Shown piece after piece: positions 40,601 through 57,541 of a DNA stretch of 64,000 bases. Positions within the stretch are counted from its first letter, which is position 1. Each line of letters starts with the position of its first letter. Location: assembly GCA_033442325.1 (NCBI GenBank), contig JAWQFM010000008.1, forward strand, positions 1,720,287-1,784,286, read 5' to 3'. A program made the position numbers and the translations under genes. A model generated the notes under the pieces. That model was not told the origin of the DNA and made no database searches. It was given only the letters and a program-made list of their open reading frames with translations. Origin of the DNA: Salpingoeca rosetta (taxonomy: Eukaryota; Protista; Choanoflagellata).

Positions 40601-41481
40601 AGCACCACCCGCGTGCTGGCGCTCGTGGTGGTCCTGGTGCTGGCGGCGCAGGTGCTGGCGTGTCCCACGCCACGCACACGAGCCTGCGCGCACTCGCTGC
40701 GCTGTGTGCAGACAAGCGGTGCGTGCAGCACCCGCTGTTCAAGGAGGCGATTCTGCCGGCCGTGCTTCGGCTGCTGGAGCGCCACCCGCAGGACAGCAGC
40801 GTGCAGGAGCAAGGCCTGGCCGTGCTGCGCGATGCAGACGGCCTGCCGCGCAGCGAGGTGCTTGACCTCGTGCTCAGGGCCATGGAGACACACCCGACAC
40901 ACTCCGGGGTGCAGGCAAGCGCGTGCGGTGTTGTGCGCAACCTTGCCCTCCACGCCACAGATGAGCTTGCAGGCAAGGCGGTGGTTGGCGATGTGGTGGC
41001 AGCGCTTGTGCAGCACCAGCAGCACGCCGGCGTTGCGGAGCAAGCGTGCGGTGCGCTGTGCAACCTGGCCGTGAGCCGGAGCTGCCGCCGCAGGATTGCG
41101 CGGGTCAAGGGCCTGCCATTGATTATGGAGACGATGCGCGGCCATCGCGCCACAGCCGCTGTGCAGGAGCACGGGTGCCGGGCGCTGTGGAACATGGCGG
41201 TGGAGCCCGAAAACCAGCAGGAGCTGGGGCTCAGCGGCGGGATTGGCGAGATTGTGGACGCCATGCTGGCCCACCCGCGCAACGAGGCTGTGCAGGAGGC
41301 GGCCTGCGGCGCCCTGGGCAACCTGGCGCTCAACGACAGCAACAAGATCCGGCTTGGCACCAGCCGCACCACGAACGCACTCGCTGCTGCGCGCAGCACG
41401 TTTGGCGACAACGCCGTCATTGGCAAGCAGGTGGATGCGCTGCTCACGGACGTCCCAATCGACGTGGACCAGCAGCAGTGA
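37654..41481 (+). CDS. Intronless armadillo/ARM-repeat protein (~1275 aa) with low-complexity N-terminus
   Basis: Uninterrupted GC-rich ORF with repeated H...VQE.AC.AL.NLA units (VQASACGVVRNLA, VAEQACGALCNLA, VQEHGCRALWNMA, VQEAACGALGNLA); basic NLS-like KTKKKRQRRRRK. Confidence 0.88.
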   Translation: MTSVSLEGRVQAVLRRALGEAVVERLGVEAVQVIQQELAQVVDECVATQVALLTAPRTRADSTDANKDSQAKAIDTATSDAAAAGDDEHDGAAVVAEPTAAAVSKTKKKRQRRRRKNKGADADAATDTAVDTRTTTAGLTVTDEDAPAAVADTTASTPTATKQEDMPQQQQQQQQPAASTKVSAADADANPSGEADTTTPMPAPEATANKPDTAMATSAKPQRKQGRRNRNRNRNRNRNNTSSNKPSASERAVEAEAPTSSKQQEQQQQPPTSTAPPCVDETNTTATATTESTDANETDAAPAPATPASAETTEPQQDPKAELLEQLQQLKACENAVAAANALASLCAQVANNDKHCAIASKMGAVEATLDALQAFEGAGAVRVQALHVLQALLTIRTGRDRIAAHTRGIDTLLAFQRSSNSVQRLAATSLLLRLTSIQRLVPVLGRKGAMQSTADALLATKGNHPDMQETCLVLLARLANVGGGSGAMARGPAPVGTVRQWPAVLRAATSAMDASPERVQTQEAGVALLRFFDRSLGTAVRPVISALLHHPNNRIIQEHTSAYLCNALQTKNNTQLRAGLIKTNVVSKLLSLWLLPQQQHEQHEQGEEKTAGADSAASSGSRRRGTRGRRRNNTSNTNNANSSQVKNIGARTALVSSIMLNLALIVQRYGEEDLTHPIFAPEVIAGVLLHMQRHRASTAVQQEGLRLLAAVTRPQRGTPTQRARAAALALLDGNGDGVRVVTAAMQATAAHADAQLFACRLLLNLMDAVRGNRSTAAAALLTPELARCCVAAINKHTHVKPLVRAACTLLSRAVAPPAAPQHGKPGAKGAKEGATAHNATASTSTSASTSAGASADTSAASSAPGTPPPLTSVEETLLSLKNFEAVNAAMHALQSADKDSAIQANAVALLLLLCKTQAAVHAVSTHRALPALLATLQQHLKDRARRATASQLLLAIAEHGRPTAVMQAGGLRILCDMLLQREHHPRAGARGGPGAGGAGAGVSHATHTSLRALAALCADKRCVQHPLFKEAILPAVLRLLERHPQDSSVQEQGLAVLRDADGLPRSEVLDLVLRAMETHPTHSGVQASACGVVRNLALHATDELAGKAVVGDVVAALVQHQQHAGVAEQACGALCNLAVSRSCRRRIARVKGLPLIMETMRGHRATAAVQEHGCRALWNMAVEPENQQELGLSGGIGEIVDAMLAHPRNEAVQEAACGALGNLALNDSNKIRLGTSRTTNALAAARSTFGDNAVIGKQVDALLTDVPIDVDQQQ

Positions 41482-41982
41482 CGTGTGAATGCATGCAAAT
41501 GTGTGTGTATGTGTGTGAGAATGCGTGTGTTGACCCTCGACTGCTGACCTTTGCATGTGTATCTGTGTGTGCCAGTGTCTGCTGTTTGCTGTTTGTGTTT
41601 GGCCGTCTTTTTCCTCAGCAAGCTATGGGCTCGTTCCTCTGACAATGTTAGTTCTCTGTGTGTGTGTGTGGTTTTTTTTTTTTCTTCATTGGTGTTGTTG
41701 ACGTTTGGCTGTTAACTTCATTCGTGTTCACACAGTGTGAACAAAGCAAAGATATGCAAAAAGATACATACAAGTGCATCCGATATAGCTGTCAGCAAAC
41801 TCAAAACGGCCAGCGTGTGGGGGGGGTGCGAGTTGGCGACACACAAAAACAAAACACACATGCATACGTATGCGTGAGTGGAGCTGGGTGTGCATGTGTG
41901 ACGATATTAGTTGCGCAGCTGCTGTTGTCAGCCCAACAACACACACTTCAGCGTGCGTGCGCGTGGGTGGATCGGTGTCCTC

Positions 41983-46004
<4,022 letters not shown>

Positions 46005-46085
46005 CTGGCTGGTGGAAGGACCACCGTGTTGTCGAAAATTATGTATATTATTGACTAATCGCCAACAATCACCGAGAGCAGAACG

Positions 46086-46722
46086 ATGCACAACAGCGTG
46101 AGAGCTGCTGCGGCACAGGAGCATGGCAGAGTTGCCGTTGCTCGGTTGCATCCATCCGGTCAAAGAATATCCACACTCTCCAAATGGAGGTGCGAGCCAC
46201 CCCACCAACACAGACACACACATACACACACACAAAAGCATTCGTGCACACTCCAACACCTTCGTGCTTGCCTGGCACACAGCTTGCGTAGTTGTTGTTG
46301 CTGCTGTTTGGCGCCCACTGTGCTGTGCTCACCGGTATCCACTACCCCGCCGCCTTTTTCATGCTTGCTGCTTCACGGCAAAGGGAACACGGGAGCCAGC
46401 ACGACCCATTGGAGGCCTTGTGTATGCTCATCGACAATGCTGTGTAAGATTTGTGGCGTTGAGGTGGCTGTCCTCGAAACGAATACACGCATAGTCTCAA
46501 GACAGTGTCAAGTGCAAGTGCACTTGCTCAATGTGTTGTCGCGGTCTGCAAAAGCCACATGTGCCGCCACTTGCATCTGCTTGCACGTTCACTGACACAA
46601 ATGTTCCCACCCAATGTTTTGCTGTGATGCCGATTCATTTGTGACACTGGGCCTCTCAGGGAACGCAAGGCTCCGATGGTGAACGTTGTTCTCGGTGAGG
46701 TCGCTCTGCGTGCGCGTGTGTT

Positions 46723-46800
<78 letters not shown>

Positions 46801-46891
46801 TGTGCGTGCGTGTGTGTGTGTGTGTGTGTATGTGTGTGTGTGGAGTATGTGTGCGTGCGAGTATGTGTGCGTGCGTGTGTGTGTGTGTGTG

Positions 46892-46922
<31 letters not shown>

Positions 46923-47470
46923 GTACGTATAACGGCATTTGGTGTCATGTCGTGCAACCGCCGCCGCACATTGTCTTGGCTTTATGCTGCTTTGAACATG
47001 TACGTGTGTAACCAATGCATACAGTCACGTTCCGTGTTCCATGCCTGTTTCTTTCTTCGTCCCAAGAAGAGGAGACCAAGGCATGGACGCCTGCAGGACG
47101 TGCAGCTGGGAAGCGGGTGCCCCGCTTTCTTCTCATCGCAGACAACGGGCCGGGAATACCGCCAGCAGAAGTCACGACCATGCTTCAACAAGGTGCGCTT
47201 GACCGTTCACAAAAGCCGAGACCAGTTCTTCTCTTTGTAATGCTTTTGTACTCTTATCTACTTGCCACGTGGAAGTGCGCGTTTACTCGTGTGCGCGACT
47301 GTGTGTTTTGGGGGGGGCGGGGATGAACATGCAATATATGAGTTCAAATGTGCACAAGCGTGGGCCAAACCCTCGCGAATCTGTTGGTTCTACTGTGGTC
47401 GTCTGCATTCTGATTCTCCCACGCCCTGAGATTCACCCATCACCAACCCGCACCAATGCACTGCCATTGC

Positions 47471-47546
<76 letters not shown>

Positions 47547-49342
47547 ATATGCGTGTGTGTGGATGTGTGTGCACGTGAAGCCACGGACCCGTTTGTGCGA
47601 CGGCTTCTCAGCAGCGCAATGGCCATCGGTGATGGAGTGATGATATTTTCCCGCCAAGACCGCGTGCATCTGACGGCCGCCATGATCTCCTTCAAGCTTC
47701 TTGCAGCCTTTGACCTTGAGCACGTGGTATTGTGCAGGACACTCGCACACACACACACATGCACATACACATACACATACACACGCAACTCACACACACG
47801 CACCTCTCACACACATGTGATGCACACACAGATAGCTTGCTCGCTTGTGTCTTTTGTCATGTTTTTCATGTGCAACAATTGAATATGGATGTGTGGTATG
47901 GTGTAACGCAGTCATGTTTCTGTGGTTGTGGGTATTGACGTGCGTGTGAGAGTACCACATTGCACCTGTGTGAGTACTACGTTGCAGTACAGCATTCTGT
48001 GACGCTTTCTGTTCTTGATCCTCGCCAACACGCGTCGCACTCGTGTCCCCCTCCTTCTCACGCACACACACACATTGCATTACTTGTTGTGTTGACAGCG
48101 AGGGTGTGCAATGCCCTTCGCCCAGCTCACCTGGCACATCGTTGATGGTGAGTGAACACGGATGTGTACCACAACCCAAGCCAATGCATATGGTCGTGCT
48201 CTGATTATGTTCGTGTTGATATCAGTTGTCTGCCCATATGCTTGCCTGTTGCTGTGCGCGTCTGTGTATGTTCGTCTGCCTGAATGGTTGTGCCTGTCCT
48301 TCTGTGTGCCTGCCTGTCTGGCTTTGTTCACGTCTGCATTAATGCATTCGAGTCTTGCTGACAATCAGATGAGATGACAAACAAGACCAATTTCGCTTCC
48401 AATTCCAATTCTATCAGACAACTGCCGCGATCTTCTTGTTCAAGCTCTTCTGACCACATGTGTGGCTCCATTTCCCGCTCACACGACTTGCGGCTGCTTG
48501 TGTATTCCTCGACAGATGCACCCGTTGTTGTGGACGCCAAGGGCGATGCTGCCATCCACCGCCACGCCATCCTCACCTCCTCCCCCTTCACCACCGTCTC
48601 CGCCCTCATGCACCAGTTTGCCCGCATCCCAGGTGATGTAGTCACCTTGCACGTGCTGCTGGTGCGCGGCTGTCTAGTGTATCGGCATGTGGCATTGCTC
48701 TGTGTGTGTGTGTGTGTGTGTGCGTATGCGTGTGCGTGTGTGTGTGTGTGTGTGTTTGATGGCGTCTGTCTCGTTTGTCGGTTGATTCGTTAGCGTCACT
48801 GTACCCTGCGTGGATGTATGCTTTTATGTGTGTGAGGGTGTATTGCTTGCGCACTTGTTGTCAATTGTGTCTATCGTCAATAATTTATGCTGCATCTTGC
48901 ACACTGTGACGGACGCACTCACTTCACACACATGCACGAACAAATCCGCAGATGAGGGCACGATGGTGTGCGTGTTTGGCATGAACACGACGACATCGTG
49001 CGGGACACCACAACAGCCAACCTTCACGAGGACCCACCGCGACATTCTTCTTGCAGCCGCCACTTCGCCAGACCAAGGAGATGCCAAGGTAGGGGCGCAG
49101 TGAGCGTGCACATGCAATCATTCGTGCCTCGAAACGACATTGGATTCTGGATGCCTTCACCATACATGCAGCATGCTGTCGCACCACTACATGCCCCGTC
49201 CCATCACCTTCCACTCGCCACCCGTCACAAGCCCTGATGCGCGCACACGTGTTTCAATTGCGCTGCTTTTACCTCTTTTTCACGCGTGCACGACGAATTC
49301 ACATCACACACACACACACCACACACGCACGCACACACACAC

Positions 49343-49385
<43 letters not shown>

Positions 49386-50006
49386 ACACGCACACACAGC
49401 GCTCGCTGCGTCGTAGGCTTGAGATGCTGTACATGTGTCCGCGAATTCAGATGCACATCAACGGAACGCGCGTACAGCCGCGCCTGCCATGGGCTCACCT
49501 GTATCGGTCAGTGCTTGCAAGATCGTTCATCCGTTTCGTGTGACATGTGCTTGGTGTGGTGTGACCCATCCCGCTTGCTCCCTCGTGTACAAACACAGAG
49601 TCACTCATTGTCTTCCCATGCATGCTTGGGCACGGTACGCCGTTGTCGCCGACACAATCATGGAATCCACAAATGCAACACACAAAACACAACACAACAC
49701 AACACACACACGCACACACACGCACACAAACACAAATCATATACATGCACAGCCCCGTTGAGGTTGCTTGTGCGTTTGCCCCCGGGTTTGGCCCGCTAAC
49801 GGCTGTGTTTGGCGTCAACACACACAAGCGTGGCGACGAGGGCTTGCTGATCTACTCAGCAGGCAGACTTGCTTCCGTGCGTACACTCGGTCTTGAACGC
49901 GCTGATGCTTGCGAACCTGAACTTGAGCGACTCTGTGTGATGTGTGTGTGCCTGCGAGTGTGAGCGAGTCATGGTGTGTGTGTGTGTGTGTGTGTGAGCG
50001 AGTCAT

Positions 50007-50087
<81 letters not shown>

Positions 50088-52743
50088 TCGTGCGAGACTT
50101 CAAGTGTGCGCGTGAAAGAGTGAGAAAGAGAGAGGGGCCTGCAGTGTGGCCAGGCAGTGCAACAGATTTGCTGCGTGTTGGTTCGTGCGGGTGATGCTGA
50201 TGCTCCCTGCCAACACGTCTCCATGCACGCAATTGGTACGATGTTCCATGACGTTCAATTCACACCGCCATCACCACCAGTGGTACCAACACGTCGGCCC
50301 GCAAGTTGTCGGCGCGCCCTGGGACAAGGTGGGCAGTGACATGGTGTTGCGTTGCAGTTGTGACGCAGTCGTGACTTGGGGTTGTGGTGCATTTGTGGCG
50401 CATTTGGCTTGCTGGGAAATGATGGCTGTATGTACTGTGTGTTGATTCTGTGGCCAGACTGTGTTGGGCTTCAGCAAACGTGCCTGCCAAAGCTCGGTGT
50501 GTGCGTTGCATAATCAGATGCCTGACCTCTGTTCATATTGACACTGGTGTGCACAAAAGTGACACGCAGTCACGCTCACATGTTTACGCACTACCTCCCC
50601 CGTGCCCTTTCTTTCAGGATGGCTGCGGTGGTGTCGTTGCTGTTGTTGATGTTAACGCCGATCAACTGCAAGCCACTTCATCATCATTATCATCGCCACC
50701 ATCATTATCATCGCCACCATCATCATCATCGCCACCATCATCATCAACAACACCGCTTCGAACAAAGGTAATGGCGTGGCATTGCAGCCATTGAACCCAT
50801 CCACGCGCATGATGCTGCACGCACAGGACCCTGTGCTTGGGATGTGCATAAATGAGAAGGAGAAGGAGAAGAAAAGAATAACATCAAAGTGCTCACGACA
50901 CTGGCCCTGTGCGCGTGTGCTCTTGTCCATAAATGTGCATGCATTGTGCGCGTGTTCCCTTGTTTCACATGCGTGTGCTGCTTCCTTTCCTCATGGTTGC
51001 ATACATCACACACGCACCCCACACGCATCACACATTCAATCCCCGTTCGCTGCGCCTGCTGTGCTGGATCGTGCAGGACAAGCGCGCCATTCGACGCGCT
51101 GTGGCGAAGACGATGCCGCTGTATTGGCGGCGCTTTTGCAACGAGGAGCAGATTGCATCACGCGCGGACCTGGATGCCTTTTGGAGCAAGCATGGCTATC
51201 CTTCGGATAGCGCAAGCAGAAAGGCGTGGGGGGTACGCCTGCGCGATGACAACCCATCACACCGGTATGGGTGTGTTGCATTTGACACGAATGGACTGGA
51301 GATGAAATGGCTGTACACTGTCGTTGACTCAAAGGACGTGTACCATGCTTGTCCTTGTACAACTGTTCCGATTTGTCGCTCTTTTCTAGCGCTCAGTTAT
51401 GTTGTATGTGTGGATGGGCGTACGTTCCACTCTCTTTGCTATCAGGTCTTTTGTGCAGTGCGAACATTGTGGGCGCTGGAAGCAGACAGCTGTGCACACC
51501 AGCGATGACGGGACAAGCGACGCGACCTCGAAGAGAAGCGGTGTTGTCCATGGTGATGGAGACACTGCAGTCACCGAGCATCAACTTGGAAGGAGCGACA
51601 AAGAAGGCGCTGGCAGCTCTTTCTCTTTCGTCCACAGCGTTATGTGCTGTTGCTCTTCACAGACCATGGTGTGTGACATGTTCACAGTCAATTGCGCTCT
51701 GGGTAGTATGAAGAAGGGAAGAGGGTGTTGATCTCCATGTTATCCGCTTTTTGCTTTTGTCATCTTTTGACACACACACACACACATTTGTGCGTCGTGT
51801 GTCATGTGCGTGTTCTCAGAATTCGTCGCATCGTCTTCCACAGTTGAAGATTGACGTGCTCTCACGTCATCAACTCGACTGCGCCATCACGGCCATCCTC
51901 GCCAGACAGGTGTGCGTGCCTGTGTGCCTGTGTGTGTGTGTGTGTGTGTGCGTGCCTCTGTGTGCGTGCCTCTGTGTGCGTGTACATGTACATGTGTGTG
52001 TTGTTAAGAAGTGTTTCCACCGTTGCTTGCTCCTGTGGTTGTGTTCTCACCCGACGGGTTTGTCTGGTTGCAGGCGCAAGATACTGCGACACCGACACCG
52101 GGATTGAGCGAGGTGTGTGCCCCTCCTGCTTCTTGCAGCCACTCCCTTGCTCACCTTGTGTGTCTATCGTTTGTGAACACGGGCTCACTCGCACAACCAC
52201 ACGCCACATCACTTTGCATCACACACGAACAGCTCAGCGATGTGTCGAGTGATGATGACGACGACGACGACGACTATGATGTTGGTGATGATGAGGATGT
52301 CGATATCTGCGCGCCACACACCTCGTCACCACAGCTGCCAAAGACACCAGAGCCAACACCTCCTACAGCCACCGCCACCGCTGACACTGCCGCTTCCAGC
52401 ACCGGCTCGCCACCACAACGACCATCATCATCGCCATCGTCACCACCATCATCGCCATCGTCTTCATCGTCACTGCTGGTGACCGCGCCGTGGATGCCGC
52501 CAGAAATCATCATTTGCCGGAACCTCAAGGTGGTGGTGGTGATGGTGTTGTTGCCAGTTGCAGTGAGAAGTAGGGTGCTCGGTGGTAGCGGTGGCGGTGG
52601 CGGTGGTGGTGATGGTGACCGTGTGCAACTGATTTGAGGTGCTTGACAGTTTGCTTGCTGTTGATGCGGTTAATTGACTCATCCATGCGAGCACATGTCC
52701 ACCCACGACCTTTCCACCTGACAACACTGCACCTGCGCCTGTA

Positions 52744-52774
<31 letters not shown>

Positions 52775-52779
52775 GCGTA

Positions 52780-52816
<37 letters not shown>

Positions 52817-53713
52817 GCGTGTGTGCGTGCGCATGTTGCCGCTACGACTGAGTAGAAGGCGCTGTTGCATCTTCTCCCGGACAGCGCATTGGCGAGCATC
52901 GCGGGCAGTAGGCGTGGTGTTGAGGAGCTGATCGTGCCCGAGTTGACCAAAGTTGCCCCCGATGGTGTCGTGGGTATGTATCGTGACAGCATGACGCAAT
53001 TAACCACGTCACTCGACCAACGATTGGAGGTGTGTGTGTGTGCGTGTGTGTGTATGTGTGTGTATGTGTGTGTGTGTGTACGTGTGTGCGTGTGTGTGTC
53101 ATCTTAGCTGGTGTGGTGCGAGTGCGGAGCGTTTGATATCATCTTGCATGGTTCGATTGGGCAGCTTGGCAACAGCACTGAGCATTTTCGCGTGTGTTTG
53201 CTTGCTTGCTGGTTCTGTGCGGGTTTTTTTTTGTTTGTTTGTTTATCTCTGTGCCACACAGGCTGCTGAGAGGGAGGCCGATGCCACGGAAGCGCGTGTG
53301 TCTGCGCTGGTGTCTGCGCTCGGCCCGTTCTTGACAACTCTCAACGGGCGGAAGGAGCCGGAGTTCGACACATCCAAGCCAGGTGGGGTGAGGTTGAGAT
53401 GGCGCGTGGGTGGAGAAGAGGGTGACGGGTTACTCTTTGACGTGTGTCGTTGGTTTGCTTGCCGTGTGTACCGTTCCACGGTCCGTGGAAGGCATGCATA
53501 TGTGTCGCGTTTCTTGTGTGGTGCTCTGGCTTTGCGTGCTTCGTTACTCACTCACACGCGTCGGGTTTTTGGTGCGGTTTGCTTCGTTCTGCGGTGACTG
53601 TGGGTTTTCTTTTGCCGGCAGAGAATGTTGTCACTGTGCTTGCTTCGTTGGCGGACGCGTGCGAGCAGTTGGATCCAAAGTGGATGCTGTTGAGGGAGGC
53701 ACGGTTGGACTGA
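46086..53713 (+). CDS. MORC family (MORC2-like) protein: GHKL-S5 module, partial CW finger, C-terminal coiled coil
   Basis: ALCMLIDNA, IADNGPGI, SAMAIGDGVMIFSR, AILTSSPF..LMHQF, GTMVCVF, RSLRRRLEMLYMCPRIQMHING.RV, FGVN..GLLIYSAGRL, GVVAVVD, YW..FWSKHGY, VQCEHCGRWK and a MORC2-like tail (LLHLLP..coiled coil). Start and exon 1 uncertain. Confidence 0.85.
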
Positions 53714-54413
53714 GCGACATTGTACAAGCGTCTTTATGGTTGCTGTAACTTGACACAGGTGCAGGCGTTATTAAACCACAGACTATATCCATGAAGCCTA
53801 CGACAATCACAAGGTGTACGTTGTCTTGTTTGTGTGTCATCAAAGCATAAAACAGCGTCGTCATGACACGTTCCCGGCGTTGAAGTTTTGGTTCAAGACA
53901 GAACAGATTGGCCAATGCAGGCGAAACGTTGGGTGTTGTGAGGGCTGGTGCGTTTGATGTGTGATGCGGCAATATCAGTGCACCTGGGTACTCGAAAGAC
54001 AATGATACTGTGTTGTTCTCAGCGATAGGCAATAATCTTTTTCTCTGCGTTGATGAAGTTCAAGTTGACTGGGGGTGTCCTCAAATGCGCGCAACAGAAA
54101 GGTCAGGGGGTGTCTGCTACTTGCTTTATTTATTATTTATTATTATTTGTTATTTATTTGGGTTGTTGTGGGTCCGTGTATGTGTCCAGCGAACACTCAG
54201 CACGCTTCTCTCATGTCGTAATCTATTGCCAGCACAAGCTTCAACATCGTGTTTACTGACGTGCCTGAAGCGAAGGTCGCGAAATACGCACACATGCACA
54301 ACTCCCACGCCACAACAAGCATCTACGGACTTGAATCAATCACATTACAACAACGAGCGAGTTTTGCCAATGTTTCAACCAACACCCAAAAATGCGTCAA
54401 TTATCACGTTGCT

Positions 54414-54791
54414 TTATTCGCGGTGCGCCTTCTTCGTGGGCGGGCCACCATCACCACCACCATCATCACGACCTGCATCACCATCATCACCATCACCACC
54501 GCCACTGCCGAGTTGGTCCTCGGACTGGCTCGCTGTTCGCGTCGCTGTTGGCGAGAACACTGTTGAAGACGTGCGGGAGGACTGCAACTCAGGCTGTCGT
54601 GCACGGGGGGTGGGAGAGCGTGTGTGCGTGTGTGTGCGAGAGAGAGAGAGAGAGTGAGTGTGCGAGTGAGTGAGTGAGTGAGTGAGTGAGTGAGTGAGTG
54701 AGTGAGAAGGCGTGTGTGTGTGCGTGAGTGAGTGAGAAGGTGTGTGTGAATGTGTGTATGTGCGAGCGTGCGTGCGCGCGTGAGAGAGACA

Positions 54792-54842
<51 letters not shown>

Positions 54843-55221
54843 TGTGTGTGTGTGTGTGTGCGTGAGTGTGTGTGCGTGAGTGTGTGTGTGTGTGCGTGAG
54901 TGTGTGTGTGTGTGCGTGTGTGTGTTCAAGGAGGAGTGCGTGAACGTGCTTGCTTGTCCAGAACAATATCGATATCCGCCATGTGGCACAACTTACGCGG
55001 CTTGCAACCTCGTAACACGAGATGTGGAACAGCCCTTCGTCGGTCTCGATGGCGTCCTGCAACAGCCACTCCTCTGTCGGTGTCACAAACAGAAGGCAGC
55101 ACGAAATGGTGAGAGGCTCACGGGGTGGTAAACACAACAACACAAGCAGCCGCACACACACACACACAAACACACAAACACACACACAATCAATCAACGG
55201 CAACACAGCAGTCACACAGAG

Positions 55222-55253
<32 letters not shown>

Positions 55254-57055
55254 AAGTCTACGCACAAGCGCCGCACCCTCTTCGTCGTCGTAGTATGTGC
55301 CAAACTTCTCACGGCAGATCTTGCACCGCTGGTCGTCCTTTGCCTTCACGCGCTGCGTCCCCTGTCCGTCCGCCGTGATGAAGATGATGTGGTGTTGTGT
55401 GTTCATGTGGTGGTGTCATGCGGTGTATGTGATGATGTTCGAGCGGCGGTGACATAAAGATGAGGGTGGCGATTGGGGTTGAGAACATACGGCGAGACAC
55501 AGAGCAAAAGGCAAAGAAATGCAAAGTATAACGAGTGAACTCTGACAGCGCGGAGCAAACGTGTACACATGCGCACGAACCAGAATAGTGCGGGCTCGCT
55601 CCTCCTCCGCTTTCTTCTGCTCCTGTGTCTCCGGCTCACTGTCGTTCAAGGCGGCACAGCACAACATGACCCAGCAGAGTGGCATGACACAATACAATGC
55701 AGACAGGTCAGGACCAGGGCACGGGGGTCAGCAAGATGCCGTGTCGGACACGCAAATCACACACAAGAGAGAGGAAGATGACCGTGTGCATCAAAGAAAT
55801 AACGCAAGGCCAGAGCACAACCAGGGTACACCTGTCCAAGCAAAAGCGGAGGCAAAGACAATACAAAGGCAACGGCTAGCACACGTCACCACCTCATCCA
55901 TCCTCCATTGCTCACTGTGTTGTGCACTCACGGCATAGTGTCAAGCTTTGACCCTGCGTATTTGACCCAGTCGGTCTCGGAGAGATACCATCCGCGCGAC
56001 ACGACCGCCGCCTGTTGCCGCTCCTGTTGGCGCACATCAGGAGGAAGTGGGAAGTGAGGGGTTGGGGAGGAGTTTATGGTCGGAGTGGTGGTGGTGAGGG
56101 GGTGGGGCGGGCAGAATTGCAGGGACAGCGTGCCCAACACACGGGCACACATAGATATAGGGGGCGTGAGGAAAAATAGATGCCTACAGAGGGCACAGCA
56201 CAGACAGACGGGCGGACAGGCAAGTTGCGAACTTGGTTCTTTCGGAAGTGCCAGTCATAATGAAGTTTAAACTCTTCACTCGCGTTGTCCGGGAACCTGT
56301 CAACACACACACACACACACACACACGCGCACGCACATTTCGCTGAGTTGTCACACAAACCATAAAGGTGAAATCGCCAAAGCACAAAAAGGACCAATCA
56401 GACCAACAACAGCGAAGATAATTCGCACCTGAGTCCGCACTGCTTGCACTGCGTTGGTTGCGCCTCATACATGAGCGTGATGTACGCATCCTCCTTTGTC
56501 CTGCAATAATGCCAAAAAAAAAAACCACCACCCAGTTTGCAAACAGCAACAATCGCGTGCGTGTGCGTGTGTGTGTGTGTGTGAGTGCGTGCGCGCGCGC
56601 GCGTGTGTGTAAGTGTGCACATCATCAGTGCCGACTATGACGCGCGACAGCTGCAACAGGTGCAATGGAAAAGGACACACGAAAGCAATCATCCACACAA
56701 CGCAACACATACACACACACACACCTCCCCTAAGCACGTGATACTCACTCTTTGATGGAGAGATCAGTGAGCTCAACAATGGCAATGTTGGTCAAATCGG
56801 GTCCAGCATCCACCTTCACCCCATCTACCTTCCCCTTTCCCTTGCCCTGCTGCGGTTGCTGCTGCTGCTCCTGTTGCGTCGGCGTTGCACTGTCTGCCAC
56901 GTCCTGCAGCAGCGAGTCGAACACGCCGGCCTGCTGCACCTGCTGCATCAGCGTACGCGGCGTCAGCGGCTCATGCGCTGCCCGCGACCCGTACTGCGCA
57001 CCGTAGTGGTGGCGGCCGTGGCGGTGCGAGAATATCATCGTGTGTCGTCAGGTGC

Positions 57056-57132
<77 letters not shown>

Positions 57133-57505
57133 TGTGTGTGTGTGTGTGTGTGTGTGAGTGTGTGTGTGTGTGTGAGTGCGAGTGAGTGAGTGAGTGCGAG
57201 TGTTCGATAAAGTGTGGCACGTGGTGTCACCCACGCGTGCGTGTGTTGCCCTCCTACCCTCCTTCCCTTCCTCGCTCCACAGGTCTGTGCCCACCTGCTG
57301 TCTGGTTGGTGTGTGCGCGTGCGGCTGTGCGAGGGAGCGATCGAGTGGTGGTGGGCGAGCAGGGTGGGGAGGCTGCAGCAGCCGTTGCACACACACACGC
57401 GCGCGCAGAGGCGTAAATTGGAGGCCGAGCAGAGACACAACACCACGCAAGGCCGACCCCAACGCACGGACACAAACGATGACATGATGAAACGATGAAC
57501 TGAAC

Positions 57506-57541
<36 letters not shown>

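Noticed and set aside
39585-41645. 686-aa and 439-aa antisense ORFs
   Set aside because: Shadow ORFs of the GC-rich ARM gene, with no independent motifs.
53720-54410. AT-richer segment with short ORFs between MORC and PCF11
   Set aside because: No recognisable protein motif or terminal repeats; best explained as convergent 3' UTR or intergenic sequence.
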